NCBI GenBank assembly: GCA_964393485.1
Contig: CAYMTW010000003.1
Coordinates: 13,773-77,772, forward strand
Direction: 5' to 3'
Origin: an uncultured Melioribacter sp.
GTDB taxonomy: Bacteria > Bacteroidota > Ignavibacteria > Kapaibacteriales > Kapaibacteriaceae
DNA length: 64,000 bases
The position numbers and the translations under genes are program-made. Below, piece after piece: positions 43,654 through 52,974 of the stretch. Within the stretch, counting starts at the first letter, position 1. Every line of letters starts with the position of its first letter. A model generated the notes under the pieces. It ran no database searches. It had not been told where the DNA came from and saw only the letters and a list, made by a program, of their open reading frames with translations.

Positions 43654-46653
43654 TTACCTTACGAGACAAGTGATGACGGTGCGTATGCGCGACGATGTTT
43701 CGTCGTATAGTGACACGAGGTAGCACCCAGACGAGAGGCTGCCGAAGCGGTGATAACCGTTCACTGAACCAGCAGAGGCCACAAGCTGTCCGCGCAGATC
43801 GAACACATCCACACGTCCGCGGGCATCTGTCACCACGATTGCATCTTCGCTGACACTGATGCGCACCTGGTCAGCCCCTTGCTCCTCATCAACACCGACC
43901 ACGACGATGTTTGCATTGAGCTGAACCTCGTATGGCACCGCGCAGGAATCGACTTGATAGCGAAGCGTGCCCTTGATAAGACCACCTGTCGTGATATCCT
44001 TGGGGTCAAGCGTGACCGTGACGTTTGTGGCCTTGGCATTTGGTATCACGAGCCCCTGCTTCATTGATGTCGTGAACGGCTCAGTGATCTCCACCAGCTG
44101 AACAGTGGCAGAGGGGGCGCCAGTCATCGTAGCCGTGATCGGAAGCTGGCGAATGATCGGCTTGGAACTAGTCCGGACTGTGTCAAATGTGAGAACCGAT
44201 GGTTGCGTGATCTTTGCCAGTGAGTTGCGCAGAATGATCGGCACGGCAAACGAACCTTCGCAGCCATCGCTCTCATAGGTCATCGTAAGCGTGTCCGTAA
44301 ACGTACCCGTCGAGAGCGTCGTCGTCAGGTACATCAGCGCTGAACGCTCGCCACCCGGAGGGACGACAAACGGCGGGCGTTCAAGAGCGATCGTGTTCTT
44401 GGTTGTTTTCGAATAGACGTCGGAAAACGTCATCGGAAAGGACGTTGGATTGGAGAAGCCGACCACGACCATGCGTGGAGTGACCGAGTCGCAGAGGATC
44501 TTTGTTCCAAGGTCTAGCGGCAGGGTTGTAAAGATCTTAGGCACTGTACGAAGTCCGCTGATCGTACCTCGAAAACGCCAGCGGCATGTCTTGTCGAGAA
44601 ACACGATGTCTTCCCGGACCATGCCTGTTCCGCGCACCGTCACGGTAATTGGCACTTTGACAGACGTGCCCGGAGCGATCCGGATCGGAAGCGGAGCCAT
44701 GACTTTGATGGCCGCACCAGTTGTGATCGAATCAATGTCCAGAGTATCAGCACCGATGTTCGTCAGCGTGTACTCCTGCAGAAAGGTGTTCTTGCATGGT
44801 GGCATCTGAGGAATTGCGAGCGTGGACGGTGCCATCGTCATTTGCAGATCATAGGTTTTGATCTCTAGATATGCCGTGTCAGAGCAGGCGTTGCTGTCAG
44901 AAACGATCACTGAGAACCGTGTCGGCTCGTCAATTCGTTGCGAATACAGTTCGGTGATGTTTGAGATCAAGACACCATTGCGAAGCCATTGGTATCTGTA
45001 CGGAGGTGTGCCCCCTGTGACTTCGCACGTTACGTCGGCGCTCTTACCCGAGCAGACCTTGGTTGCAGCTGTAACAAGATTTGCTTCGGGGGCTTCAAAC
45101 ACTTTCATGACGCAGGTGTCGGTAGCCGAATTACCGACAGCATCGCGCACATTCACAAAGAAGGTGAAGTTTCTCGGCTGTTTGATCATGAAACTGTTTG
45201 TCGTGGTGGTTGTATCGAAGTACGAGCTGTACCACCTGTAGGTATAGGGCTCTGCACCTGCAGTAGCGGTAGCTGTTACACTCCTCACACCGTTGCGACA
45301 CGCCCAGATGGTGTCTGGAATCGTAACCTTCAGCTCATAGGTAAGGGGCGTGCACCAATCGTTGACAAGCTTGGTCTTCATGTAATCGGACACTCTCTTG
45401 TTGAAGACCAGGTTTGTGCCCTGCGCCGTGAGGTGACAGTACGACATGATCGTACCCTTGACGGCTTTGGTTCCCGTATAACACGTGCCCCCTTCGGCCG
45501 CTACACAGGAGTCGATCGGCGGATTCCAGCCGCAGTTGAATGTGTGCGGGGATCCAACGTTGTGGCCTGTTTCGTGCGAAAAGACATCCGTATCCCAGAC
45601 GTATCCGGCAGCCGGGTACGTGATATTGTTGTTGAGTCCGCTAACGGCATAGCCATACTGCTTGTTGCACATGGTTTCCAGATACGCGACACCACCAATA
45701 CCATTGATGCCAGACAGTAAATGTGCCAGTGTCCGGTCCACATTAGGAAACGTATTCACCCAACGGGTTGCAAACTGCCCAAGCAACGTTGACGTGTTGG
45801 TTCCGGGATAGGGATCGACCGTAGTCCAGATGGTGATCTGTCCGATGAGCAATGTGGCTGTTATGTCACGCTCATAGATGGCGCTTGAAGCAGCAACCAC
45901 TGACTCCACATACTTGGTAGCCTTATTCAGGTCACGTCCATGGTCGATGTAGTAGTCGTTATCACCTTCAATGGCGATCTTGATCTGACGGTAGCGTACC
46001 TGCTCGTTTTCGCCCTTCTTCGTTGGGCGCACTGCGATCGGCCCCATCTCTGGATCCTTCGTATGACATGACCATTCGTTGCGCGCAGGCACGTGGGATT
46101 GGTCGTAGATCACCATCGTCGAGGGCGCACCATCAATCGACAGGGGGCTCAGCAGGAAGGTACGCTCACCATCGGCAGAACCGGTGGTGATCATGCCCGT
46201 GGCCCAATCCGAATAGATCGCCGCAACAACGAACGAACCCTTCATCGACGGAATGAAACCACGAACCAGAACGCTCTGGGGAGTCGGGATCTTTACGGGT
46301 CCGGTTGCGGTCATCGCCATCAGCTGCGTTGATTCGTCGATCACCCGATAGCGGGCAACAATGGCCTCGACATTGCCAATGCCGGGCAGGTTCAGCGTCA
46401 GCGTAAACGGAATGTTATCCGCCAGCTCACGTGCCTGAACGAACGTGTTCTGATCGATGGTACAAAACGAAGCCGGATGCGAGGCCGTAAACGTCTCTGG
46501 ACGAGACGTAGGGATTAGCACACCGCGCAGTTCTGTGCGGGCCGGACGGCTGGCTAGGGTCGAAAAAATGTCCTGGGCATACATGCAGACTGTTGCCGCC
46601 CAGACGATCAAACCAAGGAGTACGAGACGCATCATGGCGGTCCCAAAAAACAA
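43654..46653 (-). CDS. 999-aa secreted zinc metalloprotease (metzincin, reprolysin/M12B-like) with Ig-like modules and T9SS CTD
   Basis: Signal peptide. HETGHNVGSPH (HExxHxxGxxH, nt 45544..45576). Ig-like repeats (YTYRWYSS, YRYQWLRNG). CTD-like end GCYLVSLYDETSSRIRTVITCLVR. Confidence 0.75.
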   Translation of the reverse strand: MFFGTAMMRLVLLGLIVWAATVCMYAQDIFSTLASRPARTELRGVLIPTSRPETFTASHPASFCTIDQNTFVQARELADNIPFTLTLNLPGIGNVEAIVARYRVIDESTQLMAMTATGPVKIPTPQSVLVRGFIPSMKGSFVVAAIYSDWATGMITTGSADGERTFLLSPLSIDGAPSTMVIYDQSHVPARNEWSCHTKDPEMGPIAVRPTKKGENEQVRYRQIKIAIEGDNDYYIDHGRDLNKATKYVESVVAASSAIYERDITATLLIGQITIWTTVDPYPGTNTSTLLGQFATRWVNTFPNVDRTLAHLLSGINGIGGVAYLETMCNKQYGYAVSGLNNNITYPAAGYVWDTDVFSHETGHNVGSPHTFNCGWNPPIDSCVAAEGGTCYTGTKAVKGTIMSYCHLTAQGTNLVFNKRVSDYMKTKLVNDWCTPLTYELKVTIPDTIWACRNGVRSVTATATAGAEPYTYRWYSSYFDTTTTTNSFMIKQPRNFTFFVNVRDAVGNSATDTCVMKVFEAPEANLVTAATKVCSGKSADVTCEVTGGTPPYRYQWLRNGVLISNITELYSQRIDEPTRFSVIVSDSNACSDTAYLEIKTYDLQMTMAPSTLAIPQMPPCKNTFLQEYTLTNIGADTLDIDSITTGAAIKVMAPLPIRIAPGTSVKVPITVTVRGTGMVREDIVFLDKTCRWRFRGTISGLRTVPKIFTTLPLDLGTKILCDSVTPRMVVVGFSNPTSFPMTFSDVYSKTTKNTIALERPPFVVPPGGERSALMYLTTTLSTGTFTDTLTMTYESDGCEGSFAVPIILRNSLAKITQPSVLTFDTVRTSSKPIIRQLPITATMTGAPSATVQLVEITEPFTTSMKQGLVIPNAKATNVTVTLDPKDITTGGLIKGTLRYQVDSCAVPYEVQLNANIVVVGVDEEQGADQVRISVSEDAIVVTDARGRVDVFDLRGQLVASAGSVNGYHRFGSLSSGCYLVSLYDETSSRIRTVITCLVR

Positions 46654-46771
46654 TGATCAATGGCAGGTATGTGGAAAATACGCACCTGATGAGCTCCTCA
46701 ACGGAACTTGCCGTAGTTTGGTTCTCGTTTTGTTTCGCGCGATTGCGTCACACCCCATTACCGAAGCTCCC

Positions 46772-47722
46772 ATGGTCGCCCGTTTGCTCTTTTTTCTTGC
46801 CCTAGCAACCGTCACGGCCTCGGCCACCGACGTCACTCTGGTCCTGCAATCCATGCATGGAACGGAGCCATTTCGGCTTCAGACGGTCTATCCGGGCGTT
46901 CGGGCCGGATCATTCTACCGTCCTGAAATGCTTCGCTACTACATTTCCAAGATCACCATTCATCATGACGGGACAAAGTCGACCCCACTGCTCGACACCT
47001 ACCTACTGGTTGATGTGAAGGAAATGCAACGGTATTCTCTTGGAGACCTCGATGTCGGAACGGTGGACTCGATCACGTTTTACATCGGTGTTGACAAGGG
47101 CCGCAACCATCTGGACCCCACGACATATCCAGACTGGCACCCGCTTGCCCTCAAAACCCCATCAATGCATTGGGGTTGGACGGCTGGATATCGGTTTGTG
47201 ACCTACGAGGGCATGGCGGGAACCTCGGAGTCAAAGCTTACGGCTGGTTTTCAGATTCATACCCTTGACGATGCCCTCTACACCCGCGTCTCATGCCCGG
47301 TTTCGTCCAGCCGTTCGGTTGCAGGAGTCGAGATCCCAGTAAGGGCAGACTACAAGCGCCTACTGGACGCGATCGATGTGTCTAAGGGGCTCATCATGCA
47401 CGGCAGTACCGATGAAGCCATCACCCTAATGCGCAACATGGGCACGACGGTGTATACCCCCGGAACCACGACCTCGGTCGATGACTGCACGTCACACCGG
47501 GAGCTTGTGCATCCCAATCCCGCACGAGATATCGTGCAGCTTCCATCAAACGTGGTCGAAGCCCAAGTAATCGATGTTGCTGGCTCCAGCGTTCTCTCTG
47601 CGAGGGTGTCCGAGGGCTCTACGATGCTGTCTGTCAGCACGCTTGCCGTCGGCACGTACAGTGTTCTGCTCCGAAGCTCCGCCGGAGCTATCCGGTACCA
47701 AACGCTTGTCATTATCCGATAA
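46772..47722 (+). CDS. MbnP-like copper-binding protein carrying a T9SS CTD
   Basis: Start moved from 46457 to ATG 46772 (MVARLLFFLALATVTASA signal). MLRYYISKITIHHDG, ITFYIGVDKGRNHLDP and HPLALKTPSMHWGWTAGYRFVTYEG fit the MbnP pattern. C-terminal HPNPARDIVQL..VGTYSVLLRSSAGAIRYQTLVIIR is a CTD. Confidence 0.65.
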   Translation: MVARLLFFLALATVTASATDVTLVLQSMHGTEPFRLQTVYPGVRAGSFYRPEMLRYYISKITIHHDGTKSTPLLDTYLLVDVKEMQRYSLGDLDVGTVDSITFYIGVDKGRNHLDPTTYPDWHPLALKTPSMHWGWTAGYRFVTYEGMAGTSESKLTAGFQIHTLDDALYTRVSCPVSSSRSVAGVEIPVRADYKRLLDAIDVSKGLIMHGSTDEAITLMRNMGTTVYTPGTTTSVDDCTSHRELVHPNPARDIVQLPSNVVEAQVIDVAGSSVLSARVSEGSTMLSVSTLAVGTYSVLLRSSAGAIRYQTLVIIR

Positions 47723-48707
47723 ATACCGCCCGTGGCTTGCAGCCCTGGCCGTCCTTGTTCTTACGGCCTGTTCGGTTGAACCGCAGTCGAACATTGACCA
47801 GTACGATCTTGTCGATGTTCCGGCGGGATTTCCCGCACAGAACTTCCCTGCCGACAACGCACCAACTCCCGATCGTGTTGCCCTCGGAAAGCGCCTGTTC
47901 TTCGACTCCCGCATGTCGAATGGCAACGACGTCTCCTGTGCTACGTGTCACGACCCCGCCAAGGCCTTTACGGACGGCTTGCCAGCCTCGCTCGGCACCT
48001 TCGGGCGCACCGGCGTGCGCAATGCCCCTTCGCTTGCCAACGTGGGGTATCTGCCCTACCTGATGCGCGAAGGGGGCGTCCCTACGCTTGAGATGCAGAT
48101 CCTGGTGCCGATCCAGGAACACGCCGAGTTCGATCTTGAGGCCCCCGCCCTGGTGGCACGCCTGACGCTCGACTCATCACTTCAACAGATGAGCCGGACG
48201 GCTTACGGCCGGGCGCTGGACATCTGGGTGATCACCCGGGCGATCGCTTCGTTCGAACGGACACTTGTCAGCGGCCGTTCACGCGTCGATGAAGACCGTC
48301 TGTCGGATGCTGAACGTCGGGGTAGACAGGTTTTCCTGCGTTCGGGCTGCGTTACGTGTCACGGCGGGCCGTTCTACACGGACCACCGTTTTGCCTGCAA
48401 CGGACTTCTCGAATCTTATTCCGATAAGGGGCGGGCACGGCTCACCAACAAGGCATCCGACGAAGCCGTGTTCCGGGTTCCTTCACTTCGCAATGTTGGC
48501 CGCACAGCCCCCTACCTGCATAACGGTTCGATCGCTACCTTGCGCGAGGTGATCGATCGATACAGCCGCGGTGGATATCAGCATCCCAACAAAGACACCT
48601 CCATTGTCCCTCTGGGCCTGTCGGCTTTGGAGTGTTCAGATCTGGAGGCATTTTTGCTGGCCCTTACCGACGATCGATTCACCACCAATCCTCGGTTCCG
48701 ACCATGA
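47706..48707 (+). CDS. Di-haem cytochrome c peroxidase family (MbnH/MauG-like) lipoprotein, copy 1
   Basis: CATCHDP and CVTCHGG haem sites. FRVPSLRNVGRTAPYLHNGS. Lipobox-like AALAVLVLTAC. The ORF is open from 47574; TTG 47706 is the plausible start (17-nt overlap with the upstream gene). Confidence 0.8.
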   Translation: MSLSDKYRPWLAALAVLVLTACSVEPQSNIDQYDLVDVPAGFPAQNFPADNAPTPDRVALGKRLFFDSRMSNGNDVSCATCHDPAKAFTDGLPASLGTFGRTGVRNAPSLANVGYLPYLMREGGVPTLEMQILVPIQEHAEFDLEAPALVARLTLDSSLQQMSRTAYGRALDIWVITRAIASFERTLVSGRSRVDEDRLSDAERRGRQVFLRSGCVTCHGGPFYTDHRFACNGLLESYSDKGRARLTNKASDEAVFRVPSLRNVGRTAPYLHNGSIATLREVIDRYSRGGYQHPNKDTSIVPLGLSALECSDLEAFLLALTDDRFTTNPRFRP

Positions 48708-49774
48708 ACGTCCTCCGATCTGCCCTCATCATCGCCATCGTCTGCCTGGGAATTGGTTGTACCGATCCCGAGGTGCCGGTGTCGTTTGACGAGACCCCCT
48801 ACCCTCTTCGTTTCGAGGATCTGCCGGAGCCTATCCTGCCCATAGATTATCCGCTGACTCTTCAGCGTGTGAATCTTGGGCGTGCGCTGTTTCATGATGG
48901 TATGCTCTCGCGCACTGGCACACAAAGCTGCGCTACCTGCCACTCACAGGCAGCAGCATTCTCAGATAACCGCACCTATAGTATCGGTGTCCGAGGTCTG
49001 TCCGGCACACGTCAGGCCATGGCACTGATCAACCTCGCTTGGAGTGAACGAGGCTTTTTCTGGGACGGACGCTCTCCGACGCTTCGCGATCAGGCACTGC
49101 ATCCGATCGTAGATACTCTGGAAATGGACGATACGATGGAGAACGTGCTGAAGAAGCTTTCGGCATCAGCCCTCTACCGTAACATGTTCATCAAAGCCTT
49201 CGGATCCGACACTGTCACACCTGAGCGCATTGGTGTTGCTCTCGAACAGTTCATGCTCATTCTCGTTTCCGGTAAGAGTCGATACGACCGCGCCGTAGCG
49301 GGGTATGTCGCTCTATCCGAATCCGAGGAACGCGGACGTCAACTCTTCTCTCGGGAGTTCGACCCTACCTACAAGAAGAAAGGGGCGGAGTGCTTCCACT
49401 GTCATGCCGCTCCGTTCTTTACGAACGACCGCTTCATGAACAATGGCCTGGATGACGACGCTTCGTCCCGTGACATTGGCAGGGGGGGCTTTACGGGTCT
49501 CGCCTCGGACCGCGCCAAATTCCGCGTACCTACGCTGCGCAACATCGCCCGCACAGCCCCCTACATGCATGACGGACGCTTTAAGACACTAGAGGAAGTC
49601 GTTGAGTTTTACAACACCGGCGTACGCCGCTCCTCTACCGTGGACCCACTGATGCAATTCAACCTCGCTCCAGGCCTAAAACTCAACGACCAGGAAAAGG
49701 CCGACCTCGTGGCCTTCCTGCGCACCCTCACCGACGAACAGTTTCTGACGAATCCGGTGTATAGAATGCCGTGA
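48704..49774 (+). CDS. Di-haem cytochrome c peroxidase family (MbnH/MauG-like) lipoprotein, copy 2
   Basis: CATCHSQ and CFHCHAA. FRVPTLRNIARTAPYMHDGR. Lipobox IVCLGIGC. ATG 48704 overlaps the upstream TGA (ATGA). Confidence 0.85.
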   Translation: MNVLRSALIIAIVCLGIGCTDPEVPVSFDETPYPLRFEDLPEPILPIDYPLTLQRVNLGRALFHDGMLSRTGTQSCATCHSQAAAFSDNRTYSIGVRGLSGTRQAMALINLAWSERGFFWDGRSPTLRDQALHPIVDTLEMDDTMENVLKKLSASALYRNMFIKAFGSDTVTPERIGVALEQFMLILVSGKSRYDRAVAGYVALSESEERGRQLFSREFDPTYKKKGAECFHCHAAPFFTNDRFMNNGLDDDASSRDIGRGGFTGLASDRAKFRVPTLRNIARTAPYMHDGRFKTLEEVVEFYNTGVRRSSTVDPLMQFNLAPGLKLNDQEKADLVAFLRTLTDEQFLTNPVYRMP

Positions 49775-49778
49775 GAGA

Positions 49779-49955
49779 ATTACGGAATGACGGAAATACT
49801 GAGTTACTGAGTTACTGAATTACGGAGGTACGGAGGTACGGAGGTACGGAGGTACGGAGGTACGGAGGTTCGGAGGTTCGGAGGTACCCCGTCATCCCTG
49901 CGAAAGCAGGGATCAATCTTTGATTGCCTGGGTCCCTGCTTTCGCAGGGATGACG
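49779..49955 (+). repeat. Repeat locus E: 14 octamers (reverse orientation of loci B/C) + 66-bp perfect palindrome made of two GTCATCCC hairpin units
   Basis: 49779..49890 reads ATTACGGA ATGACGGA AATACTGA GTTACTGA x2 ATTACGGA GGTACGGA x5 GGTTCGGA x2 GGTACCCC. 49890..49912 (CGTCATCCCTGCGAAAGCAGGGA) is the exact reverse complement of 49933..49955. The 20-nt spacer holds a third small hairpin (CAATC ttt GATTG). Confidence 0.95.
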
Positions 49956-49967
49956 CTCGGTCTCTCG

Positions 49968-50648
49968 TCACTTGTCTTTCGCCACATACCTAAACGGCAA
50001 CAATACCAGCCCGAACAGCAGGGCACCTACGAGTTCAAATGTGACGTAGAACCAGATTCCGTCTGAGGGGAAGACGGCGAGTACCGTTTGGTCACGAAAT
50101 GGATCCATTGGGTCAAGGAAGCCGTAGTTGGCATTCGTGAGCCAGTTTACGGCCATTGCACTGATGAAATAGATCTGCGAGACGGCCATTACACGCAGCC
50201 ATGCTCCGGGCCGCGGTCGAATCTTCAGACCAAAGACGACCATGCTGGCGGCTGCGATGAGGCCTGTATGGCCGATCACGAAATAGATGAATGGTACTTC
50301 CGGAAATGGATTGTCGAGTTGTGGTGTGATCAGAGCGTTCACGCTTCCAGTCATCACCCAGCACCATGAGATCTCTGCAAAGAGCGGGTTCCGTGTTAGA
50401 AGTGCTAGTGCTGTTACGACATTGGCCCATGCACAGAGGTGCATGGGCAGATCGGTGGCCACTGACCAATAGCCTGCTACCAGGCGATAGGATTGATAGA
50501 CGACGATATTGATCAGAAGAATCACTGCCATGGCAATGCGAACGCGATCGGACGTTTCCGGACGGCGCTGCAACAACACAGGGAGGGCAACGCAGAGAAT
50601 GACGGTTGCGATCACCGTCACCCAGTGCTCAAGTGAAAACATTACCAT
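49968..50648 (-). CDS. Integral membrane protein, TIGR02206/YwaF (TMEM164-like) type
   Basis: Seven hydrophobic helices. HWVTVIATVILCV and YQSYRL..DLPMHLCAWANV resemble that family. Confidence 0.45.
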   Translation of the reverse strand: MVMFSLEHWVTVIATVILCVALPVLLQRRPETSDRVRIAMAVILLINIVVYQSYRLVAGYWSVATDLPMHLCAWANVVTALALLTRNPLFAEISWCWVMTGSVNALITPQLDNPFPEVPFIYFVIGHTGLIAAASMVVFGLKIRPRPGAWLRVMAVSQIYFISAMAVNWLTNANYGFLDPMDPFRDQTVLAVFPSDGIWFYVTFELVGALLFGLVLLPFRYVAKDK

Positions 50649-50750
50649 AACTGATTATCCCAAAGTTCTCTGTTTGCTCGTGTAACTTAAACCTACTGCG
50701 AGCGGAATGCATCGTAGGCGTCCTTCAAACATGACCACCTGAGAGCCACC

Positions 50751-52010
50751 ATGCTGCTTCGAATCTTCATCCTTGTTGCATCGGTTTTGAGTGTCACCGC
50801 GCAGCCACTCTACTTCCCACCAATTTCAAACGATGCGTGGGAGCGACTATCTCGCACCGAGCTCGGGTGGTGTCAGGACAAGGTCGATTCACTCGTGGAG
50901 TTCGGCAGACGAACCGATACGAAGGCACTCATCATCCTTAAGGACGGCAAGATCGCTCTTGAAAAGTACTACGGAGCCTTCACCAAGGATAGCGCCTGGT
51001 ACTGGGCTTCAGCCGGAAAGACCGTTACGTCAGTCCTCGTTAGCATAGCCCAGAACGAGGACCTCATGGACATTACCAGGTCTAGCGCCACATACCTCGG
51101 TCGTGGCTGGTCATCGTGTAGCCCGCAGCAGGAAGACGCGATCACCGTGCGGCATCACCTGACGATGACGACGGGCATCGGATTCGACCGCAGCAATGAC
51201 AACTGCACCACACCGGATTGCCTGCGATACCGAGCCGAGCCGGGCACGATCTGGGATTACCACAACGCCTGCTATCTGCTTCTTCAGGACATGATAGAAA
51301 GGGCCTCCGGTAAGACGTATCAGCAATACTACACACAGCAACTGTCTTTGAAGCTGGGTATGGGTGGCGTGTGGTTCAATGGAGTTCTCTACTCTAAGCC
51401 CCTTGCCATGGCCCGCTTTGGTTTGATGCTTCTGGCAGGGGGCGTCTGGAACGGCGACACCATCGTAAAGGATCGTGAATACTTCGATGCCATGATGAAC
51501 ACATCACAGCAGCTGAACAAGTCGTATGGTTACCTGTTCTGGCTCAATGGCAAAGGGAGCTACATGCAGCCCGGTATCTCAATCGTCTGGCCGACCGATC
51601 TTGTTCCGTCAGCACCGAAGGATATGTATGCAGGTATGGGCAAGAATGACCAACGCGTATACATCGTACCGAGCCAGCGCATGGTTGTCGTCCGTATGGG
51701 CAACCCCGGCGACTCTTCTGCGCCAGCGATCAGCGGCTATGATGATGCCCTATGGCAACGAATAAACGCCCTGCCGTGCAACACCAGCGTCAGCAATGAA
51801 CAACAATCAGAAATCAACATCTGGCCGAATCCAGCAACAACATTCGTCTCGTATCTCGGAGAGTCTGCTATCCTGTACGATGTTCTCGGCAATGAGGTGC
51901 AGCACTCTGGCACGTCAACAATGGATGTTTCATCTCTCGCAGCCGGCACATATCGCGTGGTTGTGACACATGGAGCATCGCGAGCAGGCTCGCCGCTGAT
52001 CATCCGGTGA
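50751..52010 (+). CDS. Beta-lactamase-fold serine hydrolase (class C / PBP-like) with T9SS CTD
   Basis: Signal peptide. SxxK in YWASAGKTVTSVLV. CTD INIWPNPATTFVSY..AGTYRVVVTHGASRAGSPLIIR. Confidence 0.75.
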   Translation: MLLRIFILVASVLSVTAQPLYFPPISNDAWERLSRTELGWCQDKVDSLVEFGRRTDTKALIILKDGKIALEKYYGAFTKDSAWYWASAGKTVTSVLVSIAQNEDLMDITRSSATYLGRGWSSCSPQQEDAITVRHHLTMTTGIGFDRSNDNCTTPDCLRYRAEPGTIWDYHNACYLLLQDMIERASGKTYQQYYTQQLSLKLGMGGVWFNGVLYSKPLAMARFGLMLLAGGVWNGDTIVKDREYFDAMMNTSQQLNKSYGYLFWLNGKGSYMQPGISIVWPTDLVPSAPKDMYAGMGKNDQRVYIVPSQRMVVVRMGNPGDSSAPAISGYDDALWQRINALPCNTSVSNEQQSEINIWPNPATTFVSYLGESAILYDVLGNEVQHSGTSTMDVSSLAAGTYRVVVTHGASRAGSPLIIR

Positions 52011-52056
52011 TGTCATATCTGAATTCACCCCGCGCCGAGACCCAGGCCTACTATTG

Positions 52057-52086
52057 ATCACTGTTGTCACTGGTCACTGGTCACTG
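52057..52086 (+). repeat. Short heptamer array (G/A)TCACTG
   Basis: ATCACTG (52057..63), a TT spacer, then GTCACTG x3 (52066..52086). Overlaps the stop and last codons of 52074..52847. Confidence 0.8.
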
Positions 52087-52847
52087 ATAACTATTCTCTC
52101 TGCCACGGCATCCCACAGCGCAATTCGGTGTTGCAAAGCTGAGCGGGCTGCAGAGAGGGCCTGCTCGTACTTCGTCTGATCATCGGCGATGAGATTCTCG
52201 ACCATTGCAAGGGCGAGAGGTCCGTGGTGATCTCCATCAACGTCGATGTGGCGCTGCAGGTAGTACCGCAGATCATCGAAGACCGTTGCGTCGTCTGCCG
52301 GGATATGGTCAAGCATTCCCAGAAACATCGTCGGAATCACGTCTTCGCGTCCGAACGTGAACACGGCCGCAATCTCGTGAAGTGAGCCGCCGTTAATCAC
52401 GTCGAATGTTCCACCAACGAACCGTGCTGAAGCTTCCGGCACATCTGCTACAACGAGAGCGGTGTTCAGATCAGCCCCATGACGGAGAGACTGCGCGAGA
52501 CTGTCGATTGATGTGGTGGATGCTCCAAGGCCCAGCATCGCGTTACGGTACATTTCGAAGTGGCTCATGCGCACGCCGTGACGGTCCACGTCGCTTTCTT
52601 CACCGACAACGATCTCGTTGATCAGGTAGCGTGTTTCAGCATTGCCCTGTGGCATCCACGGAACGTCCACACAGGTTAGTCCGCGTTGCAGTGCCTTGAG
52701 CAGGGACATAAAATCCCACACAGCGAAGACGTGGTGCTCCATGAACGTGGCGATACCCTGGACCGAGGTCAGTGTTGTGTAGAGACGGTGATTCGACAGG
52801 CTGGTACGGAGATCTTCCGTGGCTTCGAGGAGGTGTTGTGTTTGCAT
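52074..52847 (-). CDS. DUF3050 (haem-oxygenase-like fold) protein
   Basis: FMEHHVFAVWDFMSLLKALQ..PWMPQG..RYLINEIVVGEESD..SHFEMY. Confidence 0.55.
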   Translation of the reverse strand: MQTQHLLEATEDLRTSLSNHRLYTTLTSVQGIATFMEHHVFAVWDFMSLLKALQRGLTCVDVPWMPQGNAETRYLINEIVVGEESDVDRHGVRMSHFEMYRNAMLGLGASTTSIDSLAQSLRHGADLNTALVVADVPEASARFVGGTFDVINGGSLHEIAAVFTFGREDVIPTMFLGMLDHIPADDATVFDDLRYYLQRHIDVDGDHHGPLALAMVENLIADDQTKYEQALSAARSALQHRIALWDAVAERIVISDQ

Positions 52848-52974
52848 GCGGGAAAAACAACAGTAATGAGCCCAAGGGTTCCAACCCCTCCTCAGATTGG
52901 TGGTTTGCCGCTAATACGGCAACTTTGCACCTGCCACGGCTTTATCCACGGATACATCGAAAGGCTCATCAAGC

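Noticed and set aside
46772-49774. Methanobactin biosynthetic cluster (because of MbnP/MbnH-like genes)
   Set aside because: No MbnA precursor, MbnB/MbnC, MbnT or MATE exporter genes are present. MbnPH pairs occur widely without methanobactin genes.
49890-49955. 66-bp perfect palindrome as a MITE or IS remnant
   Set aside because: I could identify no target-site duplication and no transposase anywhere in the window. The arms are the same hairpin unit seen singly at loci A and D. I treat it as part of the repeat family rather than a classical MITE, though mobility remains untested.
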